A stretch of 64,000 bases of DNA from Hamiltosporidium tvaerminnensis FI-OER-3-3 (lineage: Eukaryota; Fungi; Microsporidia). This document shows, in pieces, positions 29,051-43,200 of the stretch (its first letter is position 1; each line of letters starts with the position of its first letter). The position numbers and the translations under genes were made by a program. The stretch covers positions 1 through 64,000 of the forward strand of contig CM061250.1 in the NCBI GenBank assembly GCA_022605425.2. The letters are read 5' to 3'. The notes under the pieces are model-generated. The model was not told where the DNA came from, ran no database searches, and worked only from the letters and a program-made list of their open reading frames with translations.

Positions 29051-30930
29051 AAACAAAAACAGGCATAATTCAAAAAATAAGAGCCGATAATTTAATAAGC
29101 AAAAATGTTGTTTTTTTGAATTCTCCCTAATATTTTGCATTTTTATAGCATTAATTTCTATCTGTGGTTTAATATGAATACATCTTATTCGAATTGTTTT
29201 AAAACACTATGGAATAATTTTGTAATTCTAAAAATTACACATTTAGGTATATCTTTTTAAGATATTTTTGACATATTGTGTCTGATTGATCTATTTTAGC
29301 GTAACTTTATGCTTTTTTGTACTATTTTATATTATTTAAAGATTTTTTAGGCTTGAAAAGTAGTTATTAATTACTTGGTATTTATTATAAAACATCAGAC
29401 TTCGAATTTGAGTTTTCGAATTTTTTATAACTTTAGATATTTTCGTACAATACTCTGAAGGTTTTTGCATGATCTAAAATTTCTTCTCATCTCTGTTTCA
29501 GCATATTGCTTTATATTTTGCACTTAAGAATGAATTTCTATTCTATACAATAAGTAAAATTTTGTATATTTCTAGCTGCTATATAAATAGACTTGGCATT
29601 CATTTAGTTATAAGATAAAAAAAAATTAAACCCAAAATAATTTTTAAACCTAGAGATCAAGAATTATATTTAGGAAACTTAATTTAAGATTAAATAAAAC
29701 TTTTCGAAATCTGGTTTGAAATATAAGGTAATATTTTTTAATATACTTTAAATTTATTATTTTTGAAAGGTAGGGCTATAGACACCAATGATAACTGATT
29801 TAATACCTTAAGTCACGATGTTTAAGCAGCGAAGGGCTTAAATCACCAAAAAGCAACCAAAAAATAATGTAAAATAATATTTTATAATTTTTTTTTTCAG
29901 TAAAGATTTAACAAAAAGCAATTTAAAACTGGTTTAATATGCTTTTGAAAATCCCGTTATGGGGTTTTGGGAATAATTTTAGTATTTTTAATCAAATGCA
30001 TACCAAGCAACAGAAAATTTGAATTTTTTAGAATTACTTAAGATTCAGTAAAATTTCTTATTAAGAAAAAAAATGGGGTGTTGTTCCTGGTAGTTGGATA
30101 AATATTTTTTTATTTAATCTGAATTATATAAAATGCGATGCAACATGCTTTGGTTTATAAGAACTTAGATAGAGTGTTTATTGTAAAATGGAATTTCAAA
30201 TATTATTTAATTTGGAGTTACCATTTAAAAAAGTTTATAAGATTTAATTATGTTTAAGAACCTAATTTGTAGTTATAATACAACCTTATTTTCAAATAAT
30301 ATAATGTATATACTATTTTTACATGTTGTCTTTTATGAAATTGAAATACTGATATAATTTTTTTCTGATTAACTTTAAAAATTGCATTACATTATAAAAC
30401 TTCCAATGATGAAAGACGAAATAGAGCATGAGATATAATTCAAAAATAGATTGGCTTATAAACCGATATCTTGGCTGTTTTTGTTTTTTCTTGCCATAAC
30501 TCTAGAAAGCTTTCACATTTTTTTTTACGTTTTTTGACTTTATTTCAAATTTGTTATTTTTGTTTGCTAAAATTTATTTTCGTTACGAAAATATTAAAAC
30601 TATGGCGAGAATGCTAATTTTTTTTAATTATTATATCATATACGCATCTGCAAATATATTTAATGTGAATAATTTTTTTTTAAAAAAAATATCTTGGGTT
30701 GAGCAAATAATGGCGAGCAACAGTTATTGTCTCTATTAAACTGGTGGCCAGAATACCTTATCTTAATAACTCTTCTTTTAAAGTCAATTTTTTATGATGA
30801 GATTTTTCGGATATCGAAACATAGGGATAGGAACTCTGTAATGAAAAAAAAATAAAACTAAAAATCCGCGACTATATAAAATATTCGATTAATTATTTCC
30901 TAAAGAAAAAAATACCTAAATGAATTAAGA
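29050..30930 (+). mobile_element. About 1.85-kb insertion absent from the partner block; weak piggyBac-transposase-like similarity
   Basis: The flanks (about 29010 and 30950) correspond to near-adjacent 53640 and 53760. IKCIPSNRKF...DS about 29991 resembles piggyBac QYIPSKP.KYG...CDS, and ISWLF..LAITLESF about 30466 resembles KW..F..LD..NS. No TIRs or TTAA target duplication could be confirmed. Confidence 0.3.
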
Positions 30931-30949
30931 ATTTTTTTCGGGAAGTACA

Positions 30950-33452
30950 GTTAGTTTTTTTATGTTTAAAGTATATATCTCTGTTTATAATGTCTTATTT
31001 TATTCACTTATATTAATAGAGATTACTTATCTTTTTTTCTGCTTTCTTTTCTAAAAGTCAATGATTAATTTTTGTTTCTTGATAAGTTGTATTATAAATT
31101 AGAAAGTTTTTGGTATTATATGCATCATTTGGTTTAAAAATCTAATTTCTTCAATAGTAAATTAGAAAATGATTCTGAATTATAAAAAATTTTGATGTAG
31201 TTATTACAAAAAATGTGGCGAGCATATGAAATGTCAATATTTCGGTTCAAATATATCTTTTATTTTATTATATCTGTAACTTAGGATTATTAAATGGTTC
31301 TCTTTTGAATATTTTAAGACAAATTTGTAAATATAAGAATAAGAATCGATGTCATTGAATTCAGGTAAAAGAATTTAAATTATATATTTAGAATATGAAA
31401 AAATACATTCGAAGGAAGAAATTTTTTATTATTTCGCCAAATAAAATTTAATAAATATAAATATTCTCTTAATAAAATTTGTTAATATTTTTTTCAAAAT
31501 GAGAATTTTTTCAAATTAAAAGATTTTTTATGTTAGACAGGGAATTATTTTACTATGATGTTGGTTTATGTTTTTGTAGCGTATAATTAGAGAAATGGCA
31601 AAGCAATTTTGTAATTAGAATATATAAATTAGAGACCTTGATTGAAAAACCTTAATTACATTTTAAATAAATGTTAAATTCTCAGAAATAAATGATAATT
31701 TTTTTGCAGAACAGTAAATATGCGTGATATAGTATATTTTAAGCGAAATAATTTATTATAAAAATATAAAGGTTATCAAAAAAAAAATTTAAAAAATCTG
31801 CATATTTTGCAATATGTTTTACAGTTTAAATAGTAAAATGATAAACGATATTTCTAATTGTCAAAACAAAATTACAGGCTTGACAAAATGTTTGACTAAC
31901 ACTTTAATTCAAGAAATAAAAGTAGGAATTTTTTTTAAAGTTTATAGTAAAGCAAAAAAAAGAAATTATAGTAGTAAAATCTTAAGCTGGATTTACTGGG
32001 ACTTTTAACAATCGTGTAAAGCCTTCGTACAAAGTAAATGTAAATAATATATAAAAAAAAATCATAAAAAAAATATCTTATGGTGTAATTCCTTTCAATG
32101 CACTATAGGAACAAAAATATATAGAAATTTTATATTCTAGATTTTTTTTCATTATATGACAATTTTTACAGCCAAAAGATATTTATTTCCCTTTAACTTG
32201 TAATTCCAAGAACTTACTTATGTTTTTCTGTTTTAATACCATCCATACTGCAATTACTTTAAAAAAATAATAAACACTATTAAATTGTCTTTATAAGTTT
32301 ATACTTTTATATTGAATCACTTATCGTCAAATGATGGAGTTTGTGAATCTTAATTTCTACTATATATGGCATTTAGAAAGATCTTAAGTTTATCAATGAA
32401 TTTTCCGATATATTAAGTTGTATCATAATTTTATGAAGTTTATTTGTTTTAAATTTGATTACAATATGAAATATTGGAAAATTCGTCTTTAAATTTGAGA
32501 TCTTCCTAAATGCCAAATACAAAAAAAAAAGTGAGGATAAAAAATATTTGCGATAAAAGTGATGGTTAGGTTTAAAATCTTTTTCGGCTTTGGTGGTTGT
32601 ATGCTTCTATTATTTCGTAATTGATAAAAAAGTTTTAAATTGAAGGAATATCCGAAAATTATTAAAAATTAAAGAAAGGTAAACTTTTGTCATTGTATTA
32701 TAGTTTTCTTTCATAATAAATTTTACTTCTTTTATATTACAATTTCAAATACTTCTTCATTTTCCATTTTAATACCTTTTATACTGCAATATATTTAACG
32801 AAATTTATATCGTATGCAATTTTCTTTATAAGTATTAACTTTTTTCGTTAGATTAATAAATGCCGAAGTGATTTTAGAATCTTACTTACAATATATATGG
32901 CGTTTAGAAGGACCTCGGTTTAAAGAACGAATTTTCGGATATTTTAATCTGCATCATAATTTTATGATTTTTTTTTTGTTTTAAATTTGATTATAGAATG
33001 AAATATCCAAAAATTCAGCTTTAAACTAAGATCTTTCTAAATACCATATACAAAAAGTGAGGATAAAAAAAAAGCTTCATCTAACGCTCTAACTATAAGA
33101 GCAAAGCAACTAATGATTACGGTATGCTTCAATTGCTTCGTAATGTCATTAAAACTATTTTATAGTGAAGGAATGTCAGTAAATTGCAAAAATTATTATA
33201 ATTTCGAAAAACAGTAAACCCTTTGTTTTGTTTTTTTGGGTTAGCATTCCGTATCATCAACTCTTATGTTTTCTTTAATGTTTAAAAAAAAATAATTTAT
33301 ATCAGCAGAGTAAATTATAGAGATTTCTCATTAGGAGAGGGTTCTTTACAAAAAAATTTATATTTTAATTTTTTCTCAAATAGTGTTACATTTGATGATT
33401 AAATTTGTGTGTAACTAGATTATGTTAAAATTGATTGTTTATAAATAGCTAA
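30950..33452 (-). pseudogene. Decayed coding region upstream of copy 1 (5' part of the same gene, or a neighbouring gene)
   Basis: Homologous to 53760-55717. The minus frame NLKTNFPIFHIVIKFKTNKLHKIMIQLNISENSLINLRSF*MPYI is matched in three copies with many third-position changes. Orientation of 31700-32050 is ambiguous. Confidence 0.55.
32135..33230. repeat. Diverged tandem duplication, period about 530 bp (units about 32135-32685 and 32686-33230); single copy at about 54955-55500
   Basis: Shared anchors ATATATGGC.TTTAGAA, ATCATAATTTTATGA, TTTGTTTTAAATTTGATTA and GTGAGGATAAAAAA (32531, 33057). Confidence 0.9.
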
Positions 33453-33457
33453 ACCAT

Positions 33458-34145
33458 TGGTGGAGAGAGGACAACGACTACAAGACAGTATTATTTGAAA
33501 TGATCATGTGAAAGATCTGTTTGAACCGATATTTAGCCTTTAAATATGAATAAGACTACTCTATGTTTTTGGGGTTCCATTGCTGCTCTTATGAGGAGGA
33601 GAAGGTCTATAATATATCGAAATCTTTTTCTATAATATATTTTGTAGTCTCATTTGTGGCTAGATTGCAGAATAAATTGTACTTTTTGATTTTCGCTTTG
33701 TTAAAAACGTGGAAACCTTGTCTTGAACACCAGGTTATAACACTTAACCTCAGAGGATAGAAAAATAATAACTTTTGAAGTCTTAAAGCGATGCAACATG
33801 TTATACATCTTGTTATGTCATTGCATTGTCTAAGTAGGTCTGTGTTAGTCATCAAAATATATCTTGGCGAGCATTTATTGGCTTCGGAGTGGATAGAGTA
33901 AGTGAAAATCCTGCATAATCTCGAAAGGTTAAGTTCGAGCTATGTTCTACCTACAATCAAAACTTAGTAACAGATATGGGCAAACGCTACGCAAACCTTT
34001 TCCCTATTAAATAGATCATATATACCTTATAAATGAAAGCCTTGGAATGGGTATCGTAAGTTTACAGATAGTGTGGTGGGGATGCTGTCACATATGTTAA
34101 ACTCAGAACTGCGTGAATTTCATCAAAAAAATTTATACTAGTGAC
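33458..34145 (+). mobile_element. Possible LTR-retrotransposon 5' remnant: PBS-like motif + gag fragment
   Basis: Starts where homology to the 55.7-kb block stops. CA-T-TGGTGGAGA (33458) is complementary to a tRNA-Ala-type 3' end. The frame FGVDRVSENPA*..KFEL...TL*MKALEW...VTYVKLRTA (about 33883-34115) resembles the gypsy Gag pattern L.G.A..W...TW..L..A. Locally higher GC. Confidence 0.4.
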
Positions 34146-35149
34146 TGTGTAAAAAAGAGGTAATGGTTTTAAATCATTCTATGTGTTAGTTTATACAGAA
34201 ATATATTTTTTTTCCAAAACCGAGATAGTCTGTTATTATAAATTTGTAATATTGTTTTGTTATTTTTATTTACCGCTTATTTTTCTTTACGTTATTATTT
34301 CTTATATATCATGTTGGTTCATTTTTAAAAATTTTTTTCTGATTTTGAAAGGTATGTATGGTACCATTTATCGAGCTATTAATTATTTAATGAAATAAAT
34401 CTTATTAAACTGCACTGTTTTTTTTTTTAATTTCAATATCCAAAGTTTCTTTTATTTTACAAAGCAATTAAGAATTCACCAGCATAACATATTAGTCTTT
34501 ATTAAACTATACGGTTTTTATTTATACCAAATACTTTTCTTACTTATAATTTGTATTCCATTTTATTTATCTACTGAGTTTCAGAAGAGTGCAATATAAG
34601 GCGTGTGAAATGTGATATTAATAACGCCAACAAATATTGCTTGGTTGTTCGATTCAATTCATTACACAATAATTTTTTTAAAAATTCAAAATTTAGATGT
34701 TTTATTAAAAAATATTCTTTGGAATACTATGTACTTTCGCTAAAGGGATATGCATGGGATATAAATTTTAGTAAGTTTTTTTATTCATTTTTTTCATAAC
34801 TTTGTCACTTCTTCTGTATTAAGTCATATATTTTGTTCTAAATTAAATTTATAACATATTAAAAACTTGATTTGTATGTTTATTACATACTTAAAATAAT
34901 TTACTTGTTGTTATCATATATTTTTTAAGTTTAACTATAATATGTTGGCTTTTAATTAAAGAAAAATATATTTATATTGTAAACTCGTTATTTTACATCA
35001 TTAGTGGTAGATTTTAGTTGCTTTTTTGTCACGTAAGTTTATATGGTATAAAATCTGTATAGTCTTTTCTGTAATATAAACTAGTATATATTTCATATTT
35101 TATGTTCTATATGAAATTAGTATTGTTTATAGCTGTTAAGATAAAATAT

Positions 35150-37710
35150 TTCTTTTTTACAAAAAAAATTGTACCGTTTCAAATTTTATTTACAATTATC
35201 GAACTTTTATTCTTTTACGTGGAAAATTTTAGTTAGGTATTTATTTTATTAATGTTTTTTTAGTTTTGAATTTTCACTTGTATAGAGTCGGTTAAGATAA
35301 AATGTATTTTAATTCTATTTTTAATTGCTTTTTTTCATATTTCTTGTTTTGTTATTTTAATTTTCTGTTTTAAATTGTTCCTATATTTTTTACATATTTC
35401 TTTTGTTATTCCTTTACCAAGTTATAATGGTTGCTCATGCAGCAGTTTTTCTGGTTATAAAACAATTCTGACTACTTTAATCATGTCTTGTTTTAGTAAA
35501 GCAATGTTTGGTTCTAAATCTATTATGATTTTACTATACTTTGATGTGATTTATTAATTTTATACTAATTTAATATTCATTTGGCGTTAAATTCTTTGAT
35601 TCTTATCAATATGTTATATTTCAAAATACATCTTAGTATTATCTCTTCTTATATGATTTTTGAGTGTTAAGTCTAATAAACTTATAAATTTACCATAATT
35701 GGAAGTTTTTGTGCGTAAGGTATTAAGTGCTTTTTTATGGTCATTTAGAACATTTTAACTATTAAAACCTTAACTGATTATTTTTGAATAATATTTTTTA
35801 AAATTAGTCATAATACGTTGTGTTTGACCTAAATATGGCCGTATTAAATTTTGTGAAATTGTTTTTAAAAGCCTTCAGTATATTGATTGAAACTTTGATC
35901 ATATAGGGTATTCATACATAGCTTTGGATTTCCATATAACCTCATATTAGTTACCTTTCCTAAAATTGAGCAAACCGCTTTGTATTATATATGTATTGCT
36001 TTTTGGTTTAAAAAGAATATAGAGCTAAGTAAAAGAAAGATATCGTGCGAAAAGATATTTACATTGCATGTATAATAATTTCAAGAAAATTTATTAAAAA
36101 TGTAATACTATTGAATTTGTTGAAATAAAATGCTATTTTTTAGATTTATATAGTCATTAAGTTATTTTTACTAAATTATATAATTCTATTAGAGAATTTT
36201 GAAATTTGATTCATCCCAATATATTCATATAAGAATTTCGTCTTAAACTATTAACTCATATTCGACAAATTTAGAACATAAATTTTTATATTTGTAAAGA
36301 TATTACTAAGTTTTCTATTATTTTATATTTTTATTAGACTTAAGTAATATTTTACTCTAATTATCTAAAGAATTAAATTTAAATAAATTGAATAGTACAT
36401 AATATGTCTCGAACTGATAATCTTGTTCTTTTTATACTACTTCAAAATTACGACTACATTTCATTATCTGTTTTTATATTAATTGATTCTTAATTTCAAT
36501 GTTTTTAATTCATCTACCTAGGTTAAATACAATTTCTACAACTATTTTATAAATGGTATGGTTATCTATATATTCTTGGATTTTTTAGATCTTTAACTTT
36601 CTTATGAGTCATTACGGATTCACACGAAAAACAATTCAAATAAATAATAATTTAGATAATATTTTAATTTGGTATAAAGATTGATTGAATCTTTAATAAA
36701 TATATTTCATTATAAGCTAAATTAATTTAAATCATTTTTAATATTTACTTTGCTAAATAGATATAAAGTTACATACAATTCTTTACATAATGAAGAAATA
36801 CCTATATTAGTGGGAATTACAAGATATTAATATCACTTTGAGATCTAAATATATTTTTAGATGGATATCAAAGCAAAAGGATTTCAACTTAGTCTTATAA
36901 TTAATGGAAACAAGTATTTGTAATTCAAAAATAAAATTTCTATGATTGTGTTTGTTAGTTAAGAGATTATACTATCAAAATATCGATTTGTCTATTAAAA
37001 TATAAAATGTAAGACAATTGAATATTAAAAATTACAAAAACTATAAATAGTGTTATATTTTTTATGTTGTGACATCTTCTACGAGTGATTCATGAATAGC
37101 TTGGTATGAAACTTAATACCTCTTTTATTTTAAAGAATTGAACCTAAATTTGAAGCCATAGAAACATATTCCGCAATCAACTGATATAATTACTAGAATA
37201 TTCGCAGCTTGATTTTTATATCTTACAGACCTAGGCTGTTTTAAGGTGAAGATTGGGTTTTGTAAGTTTAATTAAATGTATTCTTATTATGATTCAAACG
37301 GTAGTGTCAAAAAACTTATAAATCCTGTTTAAAGTCAGAGGTACACGTTAGTGAATGAATTCACTTAGAATATATTGCTAGATAACTTACCAATATCATT
37401 AACTTTAATTGCAATTACAATAAGCTAAAGGCAGAAAGCTTTTTATGGAACGCAATTGCTAATCTGAAGAATCGCTGTGAAGATGTATATCATAACGAAG
37501 AAAAGATAAATTAATGTCTTTAATTTGTAGGTATACTTTTTAGAAAACCAATAACTTTTATTTACTTTTGATAAAAACACGTTATTCTGTTAAATTATAT
37601 TGACCAATTTCTCTTAAACATATATAAAAATTTATTTGTCTTTGATGATATATGATTGAAGTGTAGGCTCTAACATATAGTTGTATTATTTTTGAATAAA
37701 TGTGTTTTTT
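35150..37710 (-). pseudogene. Family-A copy 2 (3' part only)
   Basis: TTTACCATAATTGGAAGTTTT at 35689 (also 23307, 44508), CCTAAATATGGCC at 35828, VDCGICFYGF about 37180, VNDIG about 37400. Homology stops abruptly at about 37706. Confidence 0.7.
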
Positions 37711-37749
37711 CTTTTTTTTAGCGAAAAGTTTACATATTGATGAAATTAC

Positions 37750-38240
37750 ATGTCGGTGACATAAATAGGACAATACCCCCGTAATATATAGATGATGCAC
37801 TTTACATCGATGACTAGAAAAGAAGCAGACCTTGGTCCCCCACTGACTAAATGGTAAATTATGGAGGCACTAACAGCTTTTATTAAATTTATTGATAGGA
37901 TTATCTTATGCTAAAGTACTAGCCTACAAAGCGCTGACGAAATATACCGAGTCATGCGGAATCGGAATGAATTTGATGTGGTTCTTTCGCGTGTGTTAAG
38001 TGAATGGAGTTCTGGTATGTCTAGAAATCTTCAATCTTTTTAAATAAAATTATCTATATCCAAACCCTGCTTGGAATAAATAGAAGCTATAATTAAGTTT
38101 GGTGATGATAAATAGGTGTAAAGACATTACGAAAATATAATTGATTCGAAAAAAAAATGAAGTGTTGCGGTGGTAAAGAATTTCGAATTTAAGAAGTTCG
38201 GAACATGAAAAGATAATTAAAGCTTACTGCTACCTTAGAA
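37750..38240 (+). pseudogene. GC-richer decayed reading frame of unknown origin (possibly a TE fragment) truncating copy 2
   Basis: ATG at 37810: MTRKEADLGPPLTKW*IMEALTAFIKFIDRIILC*STSLQSADEIYRVMRNRNEFDVVLSRVLSEWSSGMSRNLQSF*. No family motif recognised. Confidence 0.3.
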
Positions 38241-40249
38241 AGAGACTTTACAAACTTTCGCTGTTTTACACTAGATATTATTTGTTATATAGCGAAGTGT
38301 AGTATATTAACAAAAAATTATTCAATATTTTTCTTTTGGAATTAGAAAAAAAATGTAGAAAGTGAAATAATTTATTAAAGTTTGGCATTTTATTATATTT
38401 TTATTCTATTCCATCATATTCTTATCTCTTAATTTCAGAAATTTTATTTCTCACATTCTCATAAATTATTTCTGAATTTTTTAAATTTTTTCTACTTTTT
38501 TTTCTTAATTTTTATTTCTTAGTTCTTCTAATTTTTAATTTTGAAATTTTGAAAATAATTTCTTTATAAATCTTTTTTCTTTTTAAAAAAAATTCTGATT
38601 TAAGTAGTTCAAATGAGACAAAGTTCAAATCATACAAGTAAAAGTAAAAATTTAAAAATTGAAGAAATAAAGAGTTTATTGAAATATAATTGCTGTTAAA
38701 GGATTTTCTTTCTCTATTTTTTCTTTTATTTTACTATACACATACTAAAGAAATTTATAGAAGCAATACAATTTAAGAAAAATAAAAATAGAAAAATTGT
38801 ATTCCTAATATTCATGGCAAATTATCTAAGAAAAATATTTCTAAAGTCTTATTAAAATATTAAAACACCTCTTTTTTCTTAAATTGAAAGATTTCAGAAA
38901 GTTAAAGAAAGCCTTCTATAAAATACCACAACAGAATGGCATTATTTGTTATACATATATCAAAGATTATAGGAGCAGAGAAGTTGAGGTTCTGTTTTAT
39001 ATATCTACTTTTTTTCTAGGTTCATATTTTATTTAGATTCTGTTTTATGTAGATATATTTTATCACGTTGTTCTTATTGCGTAATTCAGAGGTCTGTTCA
39101 CTAAAAATAATCTACTTTTCTTGTCTTAAATAATTCGATCTGTATTTCAATGGGTTTAAAATGATTATTTTATAATATATTTGTAGTAAATCTATTTTTT
39201 TACATTTTTGATTTAAAAATATTACGATTGATATATGAAACTAATAAAAATTATAAAAAAATGCAAAAATTAAAAAAAAAATAATAACATTTAAATTTTC
39301 AAATATTTTAGAAAGAAAAGAAAAGAAATTGATATTATAATTCATTTAAAGACATTTATATATAAATATTAAGGCTTGAAATAACTAAAAAAACTATTCT
39401 CTGAAATTATTCTAACAAAAAATAAGCAAAAATTTAAATTTGATGTTTTATGAAGACAAAAAGAGCGGAATGCGGAATTAGTCAACTTAAACCTCTACTT
39501 TGGGTTTGCTTTGGGATTAACAAAGGTTTTTTTCGCATTTTTAAATGTATAGTAGAACTTGTATTGAAATATCATGTGAAGGTGTATTGATGAAGAATTT
39601 TTGGGAATTGTACTTCTTAAGTATTGCAAGAAGAAATGTTTTGTTAACTAAACTTAGAAATTTCACGAAGTGGGTATTATGGTCTATTCTTTTTTCTTCG
39701 TTACTTCATGGGGTTAAAATTTTAGTTCAACTAATTCTTATTTGTACTTTTATGTTTTTTTCAAAGAAAAAATAAATTGTGAATAGATTTTCTGAAGTAA
39801 GTTCAACTAGTACTTTTATTTTTAATTTCTATTTAGATGTTTTTTTTTATAAACAATATATCAAAGTACGTGAAAACTTATTTTATTCAGATAAAATAAA
39901 AGAAAGTTGAATTAAAATTTTATAAAGTAAAGACTTTGCTGTTAAAAAATAAGCTTTGTATATAGCACTATTTTCTTTTTTTAAAAAATTTTATAAAAAA
40001 TAATATATCAGTTATTTTTGTTTTAAAAGAAATTTGGCTGTAATGTTATTCTAAGACATACTTTTATAATTAATTCACTATAAAACATGTGCTTTGATCA
40101 TTTTTTAGGTTGGTAGTAATATCACATTAAATTTAGGTTCGATAAGAGGAAAATATTTAATTTGGTTTTCTTTTATGTCACAAATCATAAATAAAAAATT
40201 TTACTATAAGCTTTAAATACAATATATGTTTACGGTTCAATGGATATCG

Positions 40250-43200
40250 CGATACAAAAAAATTTTAATCTTAGAATGCATGAAATCTTATTAGGTTCTG
40301 ATTCCTGCCGGTTCTAAGTACTACTAGGATTTAGCGTCGGTTTCGAATCCAAAAAAGATTTTGCAGGTATATGTACGCTGCAAATTAATTAATATGGAAA
40401 GTTCCGAAGGATCGAAAGCTTTTGACGAAATAGAAAAACAAAGAATAAAATTGGTGATCTGGAATGGAATCAAAGGTTTTCCTATCCAAAACTAGAAAGG
40501 TGATAATTGATGAAACCCAAACTATTATGTACATAATAAGCTTCTTTAGAATGAGCAATAAAAGTACGGGAAAAAACCCAAATCATCTTCGCACTTATTG
40601 CAGCAATTGTAGAAGATTATTTAGCAGAGAAAAGCGAAAAATATTTGCAAGGTGTTACTTAAGAGAAAAAAAGAGCCAGTAAAAGTAACAGACCCAGAAA
40701 TCACTAAAAAGACAGTGGGAAAAGCTGTATAAATAATAAAGGCACCCAAAATCTATGAGAAGAATTAGGTACGGATATAATCGAAAGTAGTTACACGAGG
40801 GTGCGATCGCACAAGTTTTAACTAGGAATCTTTTTTTCAAATCAATAAATATATTTTTATATACTTTAGGGTATTAGACGGAATAGAACATTGATATATA
40901 GCCTATCTTTCAGATCCATTGATTAATAAATTAAAATATGTGATAAATTAAGATTTTCTGAGATAAAAAATATTCGAGCCTATATAAATAATAAATTTAA
41001 AAATGATGTATTGATATTTTTAAAAGACTACCCGCGCACCTATTAAGAGAGAGTCCTGGATCAGATAATAGAAGAAACCTTATTTGCTAAACTTAAAGGA
41101 AGAATGGAAAACATTTTTAAACGAAATAAAAAAAATATAAATAAAAAGTTAAAAAAATTGAAGTGAGATTATTTAATTTTCAAGGGTAGAACTTGTGAGT
41201 TTCTGGAAAACGCTAATATAAGAATTAGAAATATTAGATCGGGTCAAAAAATATTAATAAAATTACTTTTCACAATATTGGTCGTATTTCTAATATACAA
41301 ATTTAAAAAAAATAATTTAATTATTCAGTGTAAATAATTTTGGCATAGTAGCATCTGCTGGAAAGTGGCGCTACACGTTAGAAAATTAAAATCCAGATTA
41401 TATGGTAATTGCCTGTAAGATATCTAAAAAAAATAATAAAACACGGTTTCTAATTCCGAGGAAATGTTGGTGTTATCGGATAAATTAATTTAATAGTATA
41501 ATTAAAGATTTGACTAAATTCGGTGTTTGTATCAAGGTACAAAAATATATTTAATTTTCATTTACAAATCACGTTTAAATAATGCATTACATTTACTTAA
41601 GGCTAAAATAAGAAAATTTGCTGATATGAAGATATTAAGCTAGGAGGCTACAATCTGGAGAATGCAGTAACATTCGAATAATTTGTTCCCGACAAGCATT
41701 CGGAGTTGGGATTATATGAAACAAAATTTGAGTCTTCTTTTTTTAAGCTCGAGAATAATGTTCTACCCTAGCATATGTACTTTTCAAAATTTAAGGTACG
41801 ACCGGAACTTCATAAAATTAAAATTTTTATCACAAACTGATAAATGTGTTTTTGAATAAAGCTAATTTTACATTAAATTCTATGTTTAATATCAATTAAT
41901 TAAAAGATAAGACGCTAAAAAAACCTTTAAGCAATAAAATTTAAGTTTTAACTTCTAGAAATGAATTCTGTTGAATAAATTACCGAATAAAGAAAAACTC
42001 GAATTATTGCAAGATATTTAAATTGAAGCTTCGAGGAGTTTGCAAATAAAAAGACAAGTTTCTCATAAACTGCACAACCTTATCATAGCTAATTTAAAAA
42101 GAAATTGAACGAGCTGTGAGAACGATAACTGACTTTAATTTTAAAGAAATTTAAGAGTTGATCAAAAAAATGAAAGGAAGATTAGTTATTTAGATAAAGC
42201 CAATTCTAATATTAGAATTCAAATCTTGTTAACGATTTGGTTTCTAAAGTTGTTCCATGTAGTAAGAACGGAATGCGTGTGTTTGTAAATATATACGAAG
42301 CTTTTGGTTCAGTAGTGAGTAACAATAATTCAGTATTCTGTTGACACTATATAAAGATAAAGTTAAAAAATTAATGACAGTCTTAATTATCAAAGCGATA
42401 AAGAAGATAGTTTAGTTAGTATAATCTTATGTTAAATTTGAAAAGGGAAATAAAGCCACTACGGCCAATTAGTCTGGGTGATTTTAGAGAGAAAAATGCA
42501 CTTGAATAAACATGTTCATAGATATATTTCGTTCATTTAAATAATTATTTTAATTCTTTTATTTTTTTGCGAGAAGTACCAAAGGCGTATAACTAAATAC
42601 AATGACAGCAATAAAAAAGAGAAATAAATTATACGGAATCTCGCACTAATGAAAAAACTTGTAAATTGTTTGAAAAGAGCATATTTACGAAATTCGGGTT
42701 CGTTTTATAAAAGAAAAAAACCAGTTACACACGGAATAACATAACCTTTACCAATAGCCTCCAGATAGAACATATTTTAGAAAGTAGTAGTGATATTTTC
42801 CGTAACGATCAATATGAAATCAGCTATGAAACGATCAAAAAAGAAGTTTGTAAAAGAACCTTATCTTGTATCAAGAGTTTATTCCGATGGATACTCTATT
42901 AATTGCAGAATTACTTTAGAATAAAAAATATTTATTGATAGAGTATAATCGAAAAAGAGAATGTACTACTTTTTGCAAAGAGTTACCACAAAGAACTGGG
43001 ATATTCTTAAGTTTGTTCAATATTGTCCTTTATTATTTGATTTTCTATATCTCTTCTCATCTGAGGAATAATATATTTAGCTATGCAGAAGATCTTTTGC
43101 TTTATAGCAGTAGTTTGAAACAGAGTAAGAAGAATATCAGATGCATTCAAAGCCCTTCATCTAATAATGCATATATTTTGAAAGCAAAGAACTACTCTTA

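Larger units (their letters stand above)
23500..33452. repeat. Old segmental duplication, partner 48095-55717 (direct orientation)
   Basis: Colinear anchors: 23543/48123, 24530/49108, 24750/49329, 26305/50895, 26690/51278, 28976/53606, 31022/53824, 31860/54680, 32105/54918, 33410/55676. It differs from the partner by a 1.85-kb insertion and a 0.53-kb tandem duplication. Confidence 0.85.

Noticed and set aside
30136-33800. Shared 13-mer GCGATGCAACATG at 30136 and 33788
   Set aside because: The flanks do not align, so it is compatible with chance.
40300-41815. RecQ or telomere-linked helicase-like motifs (VIIDETQ about 40500, IICSRQAFGVGI about 41677)
   Set aside because: The same DNA carries an ordered set of APE endonuclease motifs mirrored in LINE copy A, whereas helicase motifs I and VI are unconvincing. 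Probably a chance alternative-frame match.
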